Part shown: piece by piece, positions 1 through 10,600 of the stretch
Position numbering within the stretch: the first letter of the stretch is position 1
How the letters are laid out: the number at the start of each line of letters is the position of its first letter
Origin: a bacterium
Lineage (GTDB): Bacteria; SM23-31
Direction of reading: 5' to 3'
DNA length: 64,000 bases
Assembly: GCA_965249485.1 (NCBI GenBank)
Contig: OZ252239.1
Coordinates: forward strand, 3,520,001 to 3,584,000
The notes under the pieces: model-generated
Told to the model about the DNA's origin: nothing
Database searches by the model: none
Seen by the model: the letters and a program-made list of their open reading frames with translations, nothing else
Translations under genes and position numbers: made by a program

Positions 1-176
1 GTCTGGTCCGATCCATCACTTTTCATTGTGTAGATTTCGTTATTCCCGTTCCGGTCGGACACAAATAAAATTTTCGAATACGAATCGGGAATAGTATAGG
101 GTAATCTACTTTTACTACATGACCCATATGTAAATATTATCAATACAACACACAATACAACCTGTACTCGATTCAT
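1..176 (-). CDS. TolB-like (PD40 repeat) beta-propeller lipoprotein, 5' part; runs off the window edge
   Basis: Manual translation MNRVQVVLCVVLIIFTYGSCSKS...KILFVSDRNGNNEIYTMKSDGSDQ: signal peptide with lipobox-like Cys, then a PD40-type FVSDRxGNxEIY motif. Confidence 0.8.
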   Translation of the reverse strand, partial: MNRVQVVLCVVLIIFTYGSCSKSRLPYTIPDSYSKILFVSDRNGNNEIYTMKSDGSDQ

Positions 177-478
177 AGTTTATAAGATTAAAGCATGGAG
201 TGGAATTGTATGACAGAACCGTTCCATTGTACAAAAATCCTGAGATTAAAAAAAGAAAAATCTGAATATTAATTTTGCCATTTCACCAAGTGTGCATCAA
301 TGTACTCTTTCATGTATATTATTTGATTGTATTTAAATATGATAATATAACGCATTTGGTAAATTACATCTTTATTTTTGTGTAAAAATTTTTTACATTT
401 TAGTTTGTCATCTCATATACAATGAGCTGTACTAATAAATAAATGACTACTCAGGTATCTTAGCAGGTTGAGGTTGTA

Positions 479-1495
479 ATGATTATCGTAATGAAAGCAG
501 GAGCTCGTGAGGAAGAAATTGAGCACGTACGTGAACAGATTCGGAAAATGGGATATGTTGACCACCCAATAATTGGAAAAGAACGTGTAGTAATCGGTGC
601 CATCGGTGATGAACGTGAAAAAACCCGTCTTCAGGTTCTTGAATCGTCTCCCGGTGTTGAATCGGTTGTTCCAATCCTGAAACCGTATAAGCTCGTTGGC
701 AAAGAGCTCCAGTCGGACAAGACCATTGTTGAAGTCGGCGATTTGAAAATCGGTTCCGACCAATTTGTGGTTATGGCAGGGCCATGTTCCGTTGAGTATC
801 GCGAACAAATTCTTGAATGTGCAGATATTGCTAAAAAACATGGCGCACAAATGCTGCGGGGCGGCGCATTCAAACCGAGAACTTCGCCATATAGTTTCCA
901 GGGTCTTGAAGAAGAAGGTCTGAAACTTCTGGCTGAAGCACGTGACAGAACCGGCCTCTGCATTATTACAGAATTGATTACAATAAACGACATCGATCTC
1001 CTCAGCAAATATGTTGATGTTCTCCAGATTGGTGCACGAAATATGATGAATTTCGCCCTCTTAAAAGAAGTCGGCAGGGCTAAAAAACCGGTTATGCTCA
1101 AACGCGGAATGATGTCTACAATGGAAGAACTGCTCCTATCGGCCGAATATATTATTTCAAACGGTAATAAAGATGTCATACTATGTGAACGTGGCATTCG
1201 GACATTTGAGAATGCAACGCGAAATACACTCGATCTCTCAGCAGTGCCGTGGCTGAGACAGAATTCTCATCTACCCGTTATAGTCGACCCGACGCACGGA
1301 ACAGGAGTCCGAAGCCTTATTACACCCATGGCGAAGGCTGCTATTGCCGCCGGAGCTGACGGTCTTATGGTAGAAATACACCCGAAGCCGGAAGAGGCAT
1401 ATTCTGATGGGCCTCAGGCATTAGTCGAAGACCAATTCTCAGCATTCATGCACGAAGTCAAACGGTACATTCCTTTGGAAAACAGACATTTATGA
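479..1495 (+). CDS. aroF: DAHP synthase, class I-beta, with N-terminal ACT-like regulatory domain
   Basis: Motifs [44 protein letters not shown]. Confidence 0.95.
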   Translation: MIIVMKAGAREEEIEHVREQIRKMGYVDHPIIGKERVVIGAIGDEREKTRLQVLESSPGVESVVPILKPYKLVGKELQSDKTIVEVGDLKIGSDQFVVMAGPCSVEYREQILECADIAKKHGAQMLRGGAFKPRTSPYSFQGLEEEGLKLLAEARDRTGLCIITELITINDIDLLSKYVDVLQIGARNMMNFALLKEVGRAKKPVMLKRGMMSTMEELLLSAEYIISNGNKDVILCERGIRTFENATRNTLDLSAVPWLRQNSHLPVIVDPTHGTGVRSLITPMAKAAIAAGADGLMVEIHPKPEEAYSDGPQALVEDQFSAFMHEVKRYIPLENRHL

Positions 1496-2349
1496 TGCAA
1501 AATTCCGATTCCCCTGATAACAGGAATAGGCATACACAGCACGGATTTCGCGAAATCATCCAGTTTTATCTCATTGACAGCAATACAGCTTTGGGAAAAT
1601 CAATAGACATTTCTATTATTTTTCTCAACATCCTTATTGTTGCCATCTTTATCATTTCCACCTATCCTATATCCGATTCTCTCTGGAAAATTCTTGATTC
1701 AATCGAATCAATTGTTGTCATTTTTTTCGTTGTGGAGTATTGTGCACGGCTCTATGGCGCCAGACACAGGGTAAAACATCTGTTTAATATTTTCAGCATT
1801 ATCGATTTTATCGCTATTCTGCCGACATTGTTAACGCCTTTTATTGGTCCTGGACATATTGGAATGCTCAAACTGCTCCGAATGTTTCGTGTATTTCGCG
1901 TTCTCAGATTCTTGCGGTTTTTTGAGACAAATTCATTTTTTTTCGGCCATATTTCCCAGGATATGCTGAAAGGGCTGCGTCTTGGGATGACGGTCTTTAT
2001 GATTTTCTTTGTCTCTTCAGGGCTTTTTTATTTAGTAGAATCTCCTCAGAATGTGACGGTGCAGAATTTTGGCGATGCATTTTATTTTACGGTTGTTGCG
2101 TTGACTACGGTAGGATTCGGAGATATTATTCCTATTTCGGGTGCAGGAAAAGCTGTTACAGTTCTATGTATTATATCAGGAATCACCCTCATTCCGTGGC
2201 AGGTCGGGGAGTTAGTGCGCGGCTGGATCCATAATTCTCATAAACATCAGGTTACCTGCAAACATTGTGGTCTTATGTATCATGATAGCGATGCTTCACA
2301 TTGCAAGGCATGTGGCAACCTCATTTATCAGGAATACGACAACCATTGA
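1492..2349 (+). CDS. 6-TM voltage-gated-type potassium channel with C-terminal Zn ribbon
   Basis: Arg-rich S4 (LRMFRVFRVLRFLR), filter TTVGFGD, C-terminal CxxC...CxxC. Confidence 0.9.
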   Translation: MMQNSDSPDNRNRHTQHGFREIIQFYLIDSNTALGKSIDISIIFLNILIVAIFIISTYPISDSLWKILDSIESIVVIFFVVEYCARLYGARHRVKHLFNIFSIIDFIAILPTLLTPFIGPGHIGMLKLLRMFRVFRVLRFLRFFETNSFFFGHISQDMLKGLRLGMTVFMIFFVSSGLFYLVESPQNVTVQNFGDAFYFTVVALTTVGFGDIIPISGAGKAVTVLCIISGITLIPWQVGELVRGWIHNSHKHQVTCKHCGLMYHDSDASHCKACGNLIYQEYDNH

Positions 2350-2385
2350 TTGTCTCAATCTCTGCCATCGATCCCTTTAAAATAA

Positions 2386-3228
2386 TCAAACCTCTTTCAA
2401 CCTCTTATACGAACCGAGAACATTTAAGTAATTTGTAATCTCTTTCAGATGATTTATTGCATTTCTGCACCGTTCATTTTCGCTGTTGTCATCAATGTCA
2501 AGATAGAAAAAATATTCCCAAGGTTTCCCATGCAGGGGTCTCGATTCAATCTTTGACAGACCTATATCCCGTAACGCGAAAACGCTGAGACATTTGAACA
2601 ATATCCCGGGAATATTTTCTGTTGAAAATACGATACTTGTCTTATTGGCACCTTTGGGGATTGACTTTTCTTTTTGCAATACAAGAAACCGTGTGAAATT
2701 CTCTTCAATATCTTCTATACCTTCTTTGAGGATATCCATTTTATAAAAACTGGCGGCATAACTGCTCGCAATTGCTGCGGCATCCTCCCAACCTTTTTCT
2801 TTGATAAGCTGTACACTTCCGGCAGTATCATATGCAGGAATTTGCTCAATTTTCGGGTACTTTGTGAGGAATTTTTCGCATTGGAAAAGTCCCTGCGGAT
2901 GTGAATAGACTCGTCGGATATCCTTTATTTTCGTACCATGATGTGCAATGAGGCTGTGCCTAATTCGAACCTGCGTTTCACCGACAACCCAGACCTTATG
3001 TTTCAAAAGAAGATCGTAGTTCCGGTAAATCGGACCAGTTAGTGAGTTTTCGATCGGCAGCACACCAGCTGTCACTTCTTTTTTAATAATTCTCTCAAAC
3101 ACTTCATCGAATGAGTGGCAGGGTAGAGTCTTGACCGATTTCCCGAAAAAACTCCGGGATGCTGCTTCGCTATAAGCACCTCTGTTGCCCTGGAATCCAA
3201 CTATTCTTTTTGTTCGCTTAACTGTCAT
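2386..3228 (-). CDS. pheA: Prephenate dehydratase
   Basis: QGxxGAYSE, PIENS, SHPQ, NFTRF, ACT-domain LSKIESRP. Confidence 0.95.
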   Translation of the reverse strand: MTVKRTKRIVGFQGNRGAYSEAASRSFFGKSVKTLPCHSFDEVFERIIKKEVTAGVLPIENSLTGPIYRNYDLLLKHKVWVVGETQVRIRHSLIAHHGTKIKDIRRVYSHPQGLFQCEKFLTKYPKIEQIPAYDTAGSVQLIKEKGWEDAAAIASSYAASFYKMDILKEGIEDIEENFTRFLVLQKEKSIPKGANKTSIVFSTENIPGILFKCLSVFALRDIGLSKIESRPLHGKPWEYFFYLDIDDNSENERCRNAINHLKEITNYLNVLGSYKRLKEV

Positions 3229-3499
3229 GGTTTAGTTACCTCACTAATATCATGGACTTCAAACCTGAAATTTATCTACTGCTATCATCTGAACATTCTG
3301 ATGAGTCCCGTTCGTAAAAAAAATTGAAACTGAATCGAAAATTGGTTTTAAAAATAGTATTTTCATTTCAGAGAATCAAGCGAATAGTCCAGGCGTTAAT
3401 GCAGTGTCATCGATTAACGGTTTCTCAGAGAAGAGATTATAGTTCTGCACTTTCTGATATATAAAACAGCATCACTGTAAAAAGAAATACTGTCCAATG

Positions 3500-4267
3500 T
3501 TACAATTGAGATAATGCGGCCTGTACAACAGGAGGAAATATCTCTTCGACATCTCCTTCAATTCTGAGACTTACGACTGTTTTCCCGTCGTGGTCTGTTT
3601 CGCCCCGATTGATGATTACATACGGGACACCCCGGTGGGCGGCAAGCAGTGTCAGAGATGCAGCTGGATGAACATAAAGTGATGTTCCGAGAGCTACTAC
3701 CAGATCGGCTTCCAGTGTGGCGGCCACCGCTCTTTGTACATCGCGGTTACGCAGCCCCTGACCAAAACTGATTGTGGCTGGTTTCAGGAATCCTCCATAT
3801 TCGCATTCCGGTGGAAGACCTGTTTTTTCGAAGTTTTTGAAATGTGGTTCAGGTTCGCTTCTTTGAAGACATGTTTGGCACTCGATCCTGTTGTTATTTC
3901 CATGCAATTCAATGAGCCGGTCTTCTGACGTTCCGGCTTGTCTATGCAGTCCATCGATATTTTCCGTCACTACCGCAAGAACACGACCGTTGTCATCAAG
4001 ATCGGCTATTGATTTATGTACTGCATTCGGCTCTGCTTTTTCAAATTTTTCCCTGGATTCAAGCTTATATTGCCAGTGTCGAATACGAGACTCTTCTGAG
4101 GATATAAACTCCTGATAATAAACAGGTTTAAATTTTTTCCACCCGCCATTCGGCCCGCGGAAGTCAGGTATTCCGCTTCCGGTAGATATTCCGGCACCTG
4201 TAAATATAAACATTTTTTGGGCATCTGAAAGATATTCAGCAAGCTTTTCATTAACCATTGTCGTCAT
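3500..4267 (-). CDS. Sir2/CobB-family NAD-dependent protein deacylase
   Basis: GAGISTGSGIPDFRG, T(E)NIDGLH, ELHG, GTSL, INR motifs. Confidence 0.9.
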   Translation of the reverse strand: MTTMVNEKLAEYLSDAQKMFIFTGAGISTGSGIPDFRGPNGGWKKFKPVYYQEFISSEESRIRHWQYKLESREKFEKAEPNAVHKSIADLDDNGRVLAVVTENIDGLHRQAGTSEDRLIELHGNNNRIECQTCLQRSEPEPHFKNFEKTGLPPECEYGGFLKPATISFGQGLRNRDVQRAVAATLEADLVVALGTSLYVHPAASLTLLAAHRGVPYVIINRGETDHDGKTVVSLRIEGDVEEIFPPVVQAALSQL

Positions 4268-4356
4268 AATAAATCACTATGATTACTTGACGCATTTTTT
4301 AAAAATTCTATTCAATATAATGAACATAGCTGTACGAATCAACAAATCTATCACTA

Positions 4357-5782
4357 TTATGCTGTTTCAATCCTGAGCATATTCGAACCCCGTTTTTTAT
4401 AAAACGGAATTCCTGCGGTAAATACAAGATTATCACCTTTTTTGATTGTTTTATCTTTTAAGAGCATCTCGATAATATCCTGCACGGCATATCCCATTTT
4501 ATCCGAAAATTCTTCAGTCAAGTATCCTCTGACGCCCCACATCAACGCTGTTCTAAGATATGCCGTTTTGTTCGGTGACACTGCGTATATCGGGGCATTG
4601 GGCCGGAAACGTGCAATCATTTCGGCTGTAGATCCTGATTGTGTCAGGCATACAATTGCGGTAGCTTTCACCAATTCTGCAGCGTGACATGCAGAATATC
4701 CTATTGCGATCGATATGGGGTAGACGACTCCTTGATTTTGCCGCCTGAAATTCCATCTCTCATCATTCTCTTTTTCTATAAGTGCAACTATTCTTACCAT
4801 AGTTTCCAGAGACTCTACAGGATACATACCACTTGCTGTTTCGCCTGATAGCATGACTGCATCGGTTCCGTCAAGTACAGCGTTTGCAACATCCGCAGCC
4901 TCTGCTCGGGTCGGACGGGGATGGTATATCATAGATTCGAGCATTTGCGTTGCGGTAATCACCGGAACACCGGCTGCGTTACATAAAGAGATAATTTTTT
5001 TGGATCGGAGGAATCTCTTCGGTATTCATCTCTACTCCGAGATCACCTCGAGCAATCATGATACAGTCTGCCTCTATAATGATGGCATCGATATTGTCAA
5101 CGGCCTGCGGTTTTTCAATTTTTGCAACGACCGGAGTCGATTTTCCGTGCGCTGCAATTTCATTTTTTACGACTGCAATATCTTCAGCTTTCTGTACGAA
5201 TGAGATCGCAATAAAATCTACATCCATATCTAGTCCAAATTTTAAATCTTCTTTATCTTTTGGTGTCAATGGCTCAACGGAAAGAATCGAATTTGGCAGA
5301 TTTAAGCCTTTATGGTCACTAATTATTCCACCATATATGACTTTACACCGAACATCTTCTCCATTGATATCTTCTACCTGCAGGCTAACATTGCCATCAT
5401 CGAGCAAGACTCTATCACCAACCTGTACATCCTTATTAAACGTCGGATATGATACAGAGACTTCACGTTCATTTCCGGAAACATTTCGGATTGTAAGTGT
5501 AAAATCTGCTCCGTTCCGGAGTTCTACTTTACCATTTTCAAAAGTCTGAATTCTGATTTTTGGTCCCTGAAGGTCCTGGAGAATAGCTATCGGACGCCCG
5601 ATTTCTTCTGAAACTTTCCTGACATATTCGCATTTTTGTTTATGCTCTTCATACGATCCGTGGGAAAAATTGAGCCGAGCAACATCCATTCCCGAATCGG
5701 CAAGTGCACGGATTTGCTCGTATGTCCCGGAATTGGGACCAAGAGTGCAGACTATTTTAGCGCGGCGGTGTCGTTTTCCCAT
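4357..5782 (-). pseudogene. pyk: Pyruvate kinase, split by a frameshift at the A7 run 4995-5001 (probably a consensus error)
   Basis: KIVCTLGP, RLNFSHG, DLQGPKIR, ARGDLG in ORF 4979-5782; the other frame continues [22 protein letters not shown]...PTRAE. Confidence 0.93.
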
Positions 5783-6046
5783 GATGTCCTGATGTGTGTA
5801 ACAACGTAACGTAGGTTAATGCATATGTTAATTGTGAGTTAGCGGTCGTTATTAAACTCATGAAACTTCATTGCCACGAATATTGTTCTGGTAATGCATC
5901 TGAAATGGAATAGTGGTTTAATACGGAATCACATCTTTTATATTTTTCAAAAGAAATATTTTGTATTTAAACAATAAAGATTATATATTTTCCCTTGCGA
6001 AACAGTCAATTGCTGATTATTATTATCTTATATCGCCGTTTCACTT

Positions 6047-6076
6047 TTGACATGCTTTCCTGATTTCCTTTATTAT
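6047..6076 (+). promoter_or_regulatory. Putative sigma70 promoter of the ThDP enzyme/ALDH genes
   Basis: TTGACA-18 nt-TATTAT, 65 nt upstream of ATG 6142. Confidence 0.5.
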
Positions 6077-6141
6077 TCCAACTTATTATTCCTCAACAAT
6101 TCAGGATTCCATTTGAACAATCTGACAGGAAAGGCCTATAA

Positions 6142-7752
6142 ATGAAGGCATCCGATCTTTTTATAAAAGCCCTTGAAAATGAGGGAGTAGAATATATTTT
6201 TGGTGTGCCAGGTGAAGAAAATCTTGACATGCTTGAATCTCTGCGCGAGTCAAAGATTAAACTTATTTTAACTCGTCACGAGCAAGGGGCCGGATTTATG
6301 GCGGCGACATATGGACGGCTCACCGGAAAAGCCGGTGTATGTTTAGCCACGCTTGGGCCCGGAGCAACTAATTTTGTTACCCCCGCGGCTTATGCTCAGC
6401 TCGGAGCAATGCCGATGATGATGATTACAGGTCAAAAACCGATAAAATCGAGCAAACAGGGGCAGTTTCAGATTGTCGATATAGTACAGATGATGACTCC
6501 GATAACAAAATATTCGAAATCGATTGTCAGCGCAAACAATATCCCTTCTCGAGTACGAGAGGCATTTCGAATTGCTCAGGAAGAACGCCCCGGCGCAGTA
6601 CATCTGGAACTTCCCGAAGATATTGCCGCAGAAGAGACCGATGAACCTCTTTACACACCCAGTAAAGCCCGGCGGCCAGCCGCTGAAATTAAGGCTATTA
6701 AAATTGCTGTTGATTTAATAGAGAAAGCAAAAAAACCACTCCTGCTCATCGGTGCGGCCGCGAATAGAAAATTGACATCAAAAATGCTGTTAAAATTTGT
6801 TGAAAAAACCAATATGCCGTTTTTCGATACTCAAATGGGAAAAGGCGTTATTGACGAGCGGCATCCATTGCACCTCGGTAATGCAGCCCTGTCTTCAAAA
6901 GACTATCTCCATGAAGCAATTGAAGATTCCGACCTGATAATCAACGTTGGCCATGATGTCGTGGAAAAACCGCCATTTTTCATGAATCATGACGGATTTA
7001 AGGTAATCCATATCAATTTTTCAACAGCGTCGATTGATCCGGTCTACTTTCCACAAGTTGAGGTTGTCGGAGACATCGCTAACAGCATTTGGCAAATTTC
7101 AGAAAAAATAAATCCACAGGTGCACTGGGATTTTTCATATTATCTACGTATTAAAGAAGGAAACGACCATCGTCTTAACTATGGTAGTGGTGATGACCGG
7201 TATCCAATATTTCCGGCTCGGCTTGTTGCGGATGTCCGGAAAGTGATGCCTGATAACGGTATTATCGCGCTCGACAATGGTGTCTACAAAATCTGGTTTG
7301 CTTTAAATTACCGTGCATATGAACCAAATACCGTTCTATTAGACAATGCTCTTGCTTCTATGGGGGCAGGACTTCCATCTGCTATTGCTGCGAAAATTGT
7401 CTATCCGAACAGAAAAGTGATGGCTATCTGCGGCGATGGCGGATTTATGATGAATTCTCAGGAAATAGAGACCGCCGTTCGGCTTGACCTTCATATTGTC
7501 GTCCTGATTCTTGTCGATAAAGCCTATGGTATGATTAAGTGGAAACAGGCTAATATGGGATTTCAAGATTTCGGCCTCGATTATAATAATCCGGATTTCA
7601 TAAAATACGCAGAAAGTTATGGAGCTATTGGGCATGATGTCGGTAAGGCTGATAATTTAGCTCCTCTTCTCGATGAGTGCCTCAATTCGAACGGTGTTTA
7701 TATTGTCCCATGTAACATTGATTATTCTGAAAACAAACGGTTCATTGGATGA
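6142..7752 (+). CDS. ThDP-dependent enzyme of the acetolactate synthase large-subunit family (2-oxoglutarate decarboxylase-like subgroup)
   Basis: FGVPGEENL, RHEQGA, LGPGATN, ThDP motif GDGGFMM; no small subunit gene nearby. Confidence 0.88.
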   Translation: MKASDLFIKALENEGVEYIFGVPGEENLDMLESLRESKIKLILTRHEQGAGFMAATYGRLTGKAGVCLATLGPGATNFVTPAAYAQLGAMPMMMITGQKPIKSSKQGQFQIVDIVQMMTPITKYSKSIVSANNIPSRVREAFRIAQEERPGAVHLELPEDIAAEETDEPLYTPSKARRPAAEIKAIKIAVDLIEKAKKPLLLIGAAANRKLTSKMLLKFVEKTNMPFFDTQMGKGVIDERHPLHLGNAALSSKDYLHEAIEDSDLIINVGHDVVEKPPFFMNHDGFKVIHINFSTASIDPVYFPQVEVVGDIANSIWQISEKINPQVHWDFSYYLRIKEGNDHRLNYGSGDDRYPIFPARLVADVRKVMPDNGIIALDNGVYKIWFALNYRAYEPNTVLLDNALASMGAGLPSAIAAKIVYPNRKVMAICGDGGFMMNSQEIETAVRLDLHIVVLILVDKAYGMIKWKQANMGFQDFGLDYNNPDFIKYAESYGAIGHDVGKADNLAPLLDECLNSNGVYIVPCNIDYSENKRFIG

Positions 7753-7849
7753 TACATAATATGTAGTAATACATAATTCAAACATTTTTCAATTTTACTG
7801 AACATTACTTAAAAAAAATTTCATCCGATTGAAACCAAAAGGAGTTTAG

Positions 7850-9289
7850 ATGCCTGAACATTATCCATTACTTGTACCGGGAGCATCTTCTGAGGATACA
7901 CCGCTTGAAGTATATGCTCCCTACAACAATGAACTTATCGCAACAATTCAGACTGCAGACAAAGCAGTTGTAGAAAAAGCTTTACAGACTGCGTACAGCC
8001 TTTACAGGAACCGGGATGCGTGGATATCTCCTCATGAACGGATACAAATTCTCAAAAAAACCGGTGAGATAATGTCGGAGCGGGCAGAAGAGCTTGCAGT
8101 TGAAGCTGCACGAGAAGGCGGAAAACCGCTTATCGACTCTCGGGTCGAAGTTGCCCGAGCAATTGATGGAATCGATATTTGTATCGAAACACTCAGGATG
8201 CAGCGGGGTGAAGAAATCCCGATGAATTTAAATCCGGCATCCGCAAACAGAATGGCCCTTACCCGGCTGGAGCCGATCGGTGTTGTTGTTGCCGCCAGTG
8301 CTTTCAATCATCCGCTGAATCTCATTGTTCATCAGGTCGCTCCTGCAATTGCAACCGGTTGCCCTGTCATTGTGAAACCGGCAGAAGTGACACCAATTTC
8401 ATGTTATTTATTTGTAAAAATTCTTAGAGAAGCAGGGCTACCAGCAGAATGGTGTCAGGCATTGTCGGTTAGCAATCTTGACGTTGCAACTGCTCTCATC
8501 ACCGATGAGCGGGTTGCATTTTTCACTTTTATCGGCAGCGCCCGTGTTGGTTGGATGCTCCGGTCAAAGCTTGCTCCCGGAACACGGTATGCACTTGAGC
8601 ATGGTGGTGCAGCACCGGTTATAGTTGCGGCAGATGCCGATCTTGACGAATCAATTGTACCATTGAGTAAGGGGGGGTTTTACCATGCGGGTCAGGTGTG
8701 TGTTTCCGTGCAGCGGGTTTATGTACATGAGTCAATCGCTCGGGATGTTGCCGATCGGCTTGCTGAAAGTGCACGAAAACAGAGAATCGGCGATCCGACA
8801 AAAGAAGACACTGATGTCGGTCCATTGATCCGTCAAGGTGAGGTTAAACGTATTAAAGAGTGGGTCGATGAAGCGGTCAAAGGGGGCGCTGAACTAGTTG
8901 CCGGAGGGAAAGCTCTATCCGATTTCTGTTATGAATGCACTGTTCTTCTCAATCCGCCAGTCGATGCAAAAGTAAGTAATTCAGAAATTTTCGGACCGGT
9001 TATCTGTGTCTTTTCTTATTCAGATTTGGATACTGCTATTGCCCAGGCAAATTCACTCCCGTTTGCGTTTCAGGCAGCTGTGTTTACCAAAAATATCGAC
9101 ACTGCTCTCCGAGTTACACAGCGGCTCGATGCGGCAACCGTTATGGTAAATGACCATACGGCTTTCCGTGTCGATTGGATGCCATTTGCAGGTTTAAAAC
9201 TCTCCGGAGAAGGTATCGGAGGTATACCATATACCATGAAAGATATGCAGATTGAAAAACTTTTGGTTGTCAAATCAAAAGAACTATAG
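7850..9289 (+). CDS. NAD(P)-dependent aldehyde dehydrogenase
   Basis: FNHP, KPAE, FIGS, LEHGG, AGQVCVS (catalytic Cys), EIFGP. Confidence 0.93.
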   Translation: MPEHYPLLVPGASSEDTPLEVYAPYNNELIATIQTADKAVVEKALQTAYSLYRNRDAWISPHERIQILKKTGEIMSERAEELAVEAAREGGKPLIDSRVEVARAIDGIDICIETLRMQRGEEIPMNLNPASANRMALTRLEPIGVVVAASAFNHPLNLIVHQVAPAIATGCPVIVKPAEVTPISCYLFVKILREAGLPAEWCQALSVSNLDVATALITDERVAFFTFIGSARVGWMLRSKLAPGTRYALEHGGAAPVIVAADADLDESIVPLSKGGFYHAGQVCVSVQRVYVHESIARDVADRLAESARKQRIGDPTKEDTDVGPLIRQGEVKRIKEWVDEAVKGGAELVAGGKALSDFCYECTVLLNPPVDAKVSNSEIFGPVICVFSYSDLDTAIAQANSLPFAFQAAVFTKNIDTALRVTQRLDAATVMVNDHTAFRVDWMPFAGLKLSGEGIGGIPYTMKDMQIEKLLVVKSKEL

Positions 9290-9375
9290 TAGTTTCATCT
9301 TTATCAATACTTTACTGCGGTATCAAGAAACTCTATGCCATCCGGACACAAACAGAATGACGAAAGGTGGTCGTT

Positions 9376-9645
9376 ATGACACATCTTTTTGTGAGACATA
9401 AAGTAGAGAGCTTCTCAAAATGGAAAACCTTTTTTGATAAGCATGAATCAATGCGGAGAAAAAGGGGATTCGGAAATTATCAGTTGTATCAAACGACTGA
9501 TAATCCAAACGAAGTTCTCATTCTCTTTGAAATCAACGATGCGTTAAGTGCAAAAAAGTTTATTGTATCCGACGATCTTCGCGATGAGATGAAAAATGCC
9601 GGTGTGGTTGAATCACCCGATTTTTTTACTCTGGTAGCAGTATAA
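9376..9645 (+). CDS. Small dimeric alpha/beta-barrel (ABM/cyclase-like) protein
   Basis: HKVxxFxKWKxxFD...DNPNEV...MKxAGV pattern; RBS-like AAGGTGG before ATG 9376. Confidence 0.7.
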   Translation: MTHLFVRHKVESFSKWKTFFDKHESMRRKRGFGNYQLYQTTDNPNEVLILFEINDALSAKKFIVSDDLRDEMKNAGVVESPDFFTLVAV

Positions 9646-9654
9646 CATAAGCGT

Positions 9655-10524
9655 TTGTCGAACTTAATTTCTCCTCAAATTCGTGTGAAATTTTTATATA
9701 TATTTTTCATATTTGCTGCCCTCACTTTCTCAGGATTGGCAGTACTCCTCTATTTCTTTCAGTCGCGGTTAATCTTTTTTCCTGAATACAATTATGCTTC
9801 ATCACCCGATCGTCTGGGTATTGAGTTCGAGGATGTAATTTTTCGCACTGACGACGGATTAAACCTTACCGGATGGTATATCCCCGGAAATAATGCGGAC
9901 AAAGTCCTCCTATTCTGTCACGGCAACGCTGGTAATATTTCCCACCGAATTGACTATATACGCATATTTCATGAACTTGGATTGAGCACGTTTATCTTTG
10001 ATTACCGCGGTTATGGGAAAAGCGAAGGAAAACCTGACGAAGAGGGAACATACCGAGACGTACTCGGTGCCTGGAATTTTCTTGTCAATGAAAAAGATTT
10101 TACGCAGGATTCAATATTGCTTTACGGTCGTTCATTAGGGGGGGCCATAGCCGCATGGCTTGCACAAGATCACACACCACTGGCACTTATCCTGGATTCT
10201 TCATTTACATCTATAACAGCACTCGGTTCAGAACTAAACCCATTTCTACCAATACGTTTGTTGTCACGTTTTAATTACACGACGCAGCACTATCTGGAAA
10301 AAGTCTCCAGTCCCGTCCTAATCGTTCACAGCAGGCAGGATGAAATCGTCCCATTTGAGCACAGCATCAGTTTATTCGAAAACGCTTCACAACCCAAAGA
10401 ATTTCTCGAAATTTCCGGATCACATAACGAAGGATTTCTTGATTCCCGGAGTACATACGAGTCAGGGCTTCGTGATTACATCAGTGAAATAACTCAGCAG
10501 CAGTTACCACCACATAAACAGTGA
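9655..10524 (+). CDS. Membrane-anchored alpha/beta hydrolase
   Basis: N-terminal TM, HGNAGN, DYRGYG, GRSLGG nucleophile elbow, DEIVP, GSHN. Confidence 0.9.
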   Translation: MSNLISPQIRVKFLYIFFIFAALTFSGLAVLLYFFQSRLIFFPEYNYASSPDRLGIEFEDVIFRTDDGLNLTGWYIPGNNADKVLLFCHGNAGNISHRIDYIRIFHELGLSTFIFDYRGYGKSEGKPDEEGTYRDVLGAWNFLVNEKDFTQDSILLYGRSLGGAIAAWLAQDHTPLALILDSSFTSITALGSELNPFLPIRLLSRFNYTTQHYLEKVSSPVLIVHSRQDEIVPFEHSISLFENASQPKEFLEISGSHNEGFLDSRSTYESGLRDYISEITQQQLPPHKQ

Positions 10525-10600
10525 CAATTGCCGTATAACATTGGCATGTCTTTTGCCGATACACAATCATTAATTTATAATTTATTCAAAAGGATAAACA

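Noticed and set aside
3250..3330. CTGATGAGTCC...GAAAC resembling a hammerhead core, and GGACT/AGTCC pairing resembling a fluoride riboswitch
   Set aside because: Stem II cannot form, there is no P1 helix, and it is on the strand opposite both flanking genes
3500..4267. Sir2 as an anti-phage effector (Thoeris/DSR)
   Set aside because: Stand-alone ~255 aa CobB-type protein with a Zn subdomain among housekeeping genes; no defence partners
4995..5001. Programmed frameshift or phase variation in pyk
   Set aside because: No stimulatory structure seen; many similar homopolymer indels in unrelated genes favour consensus error
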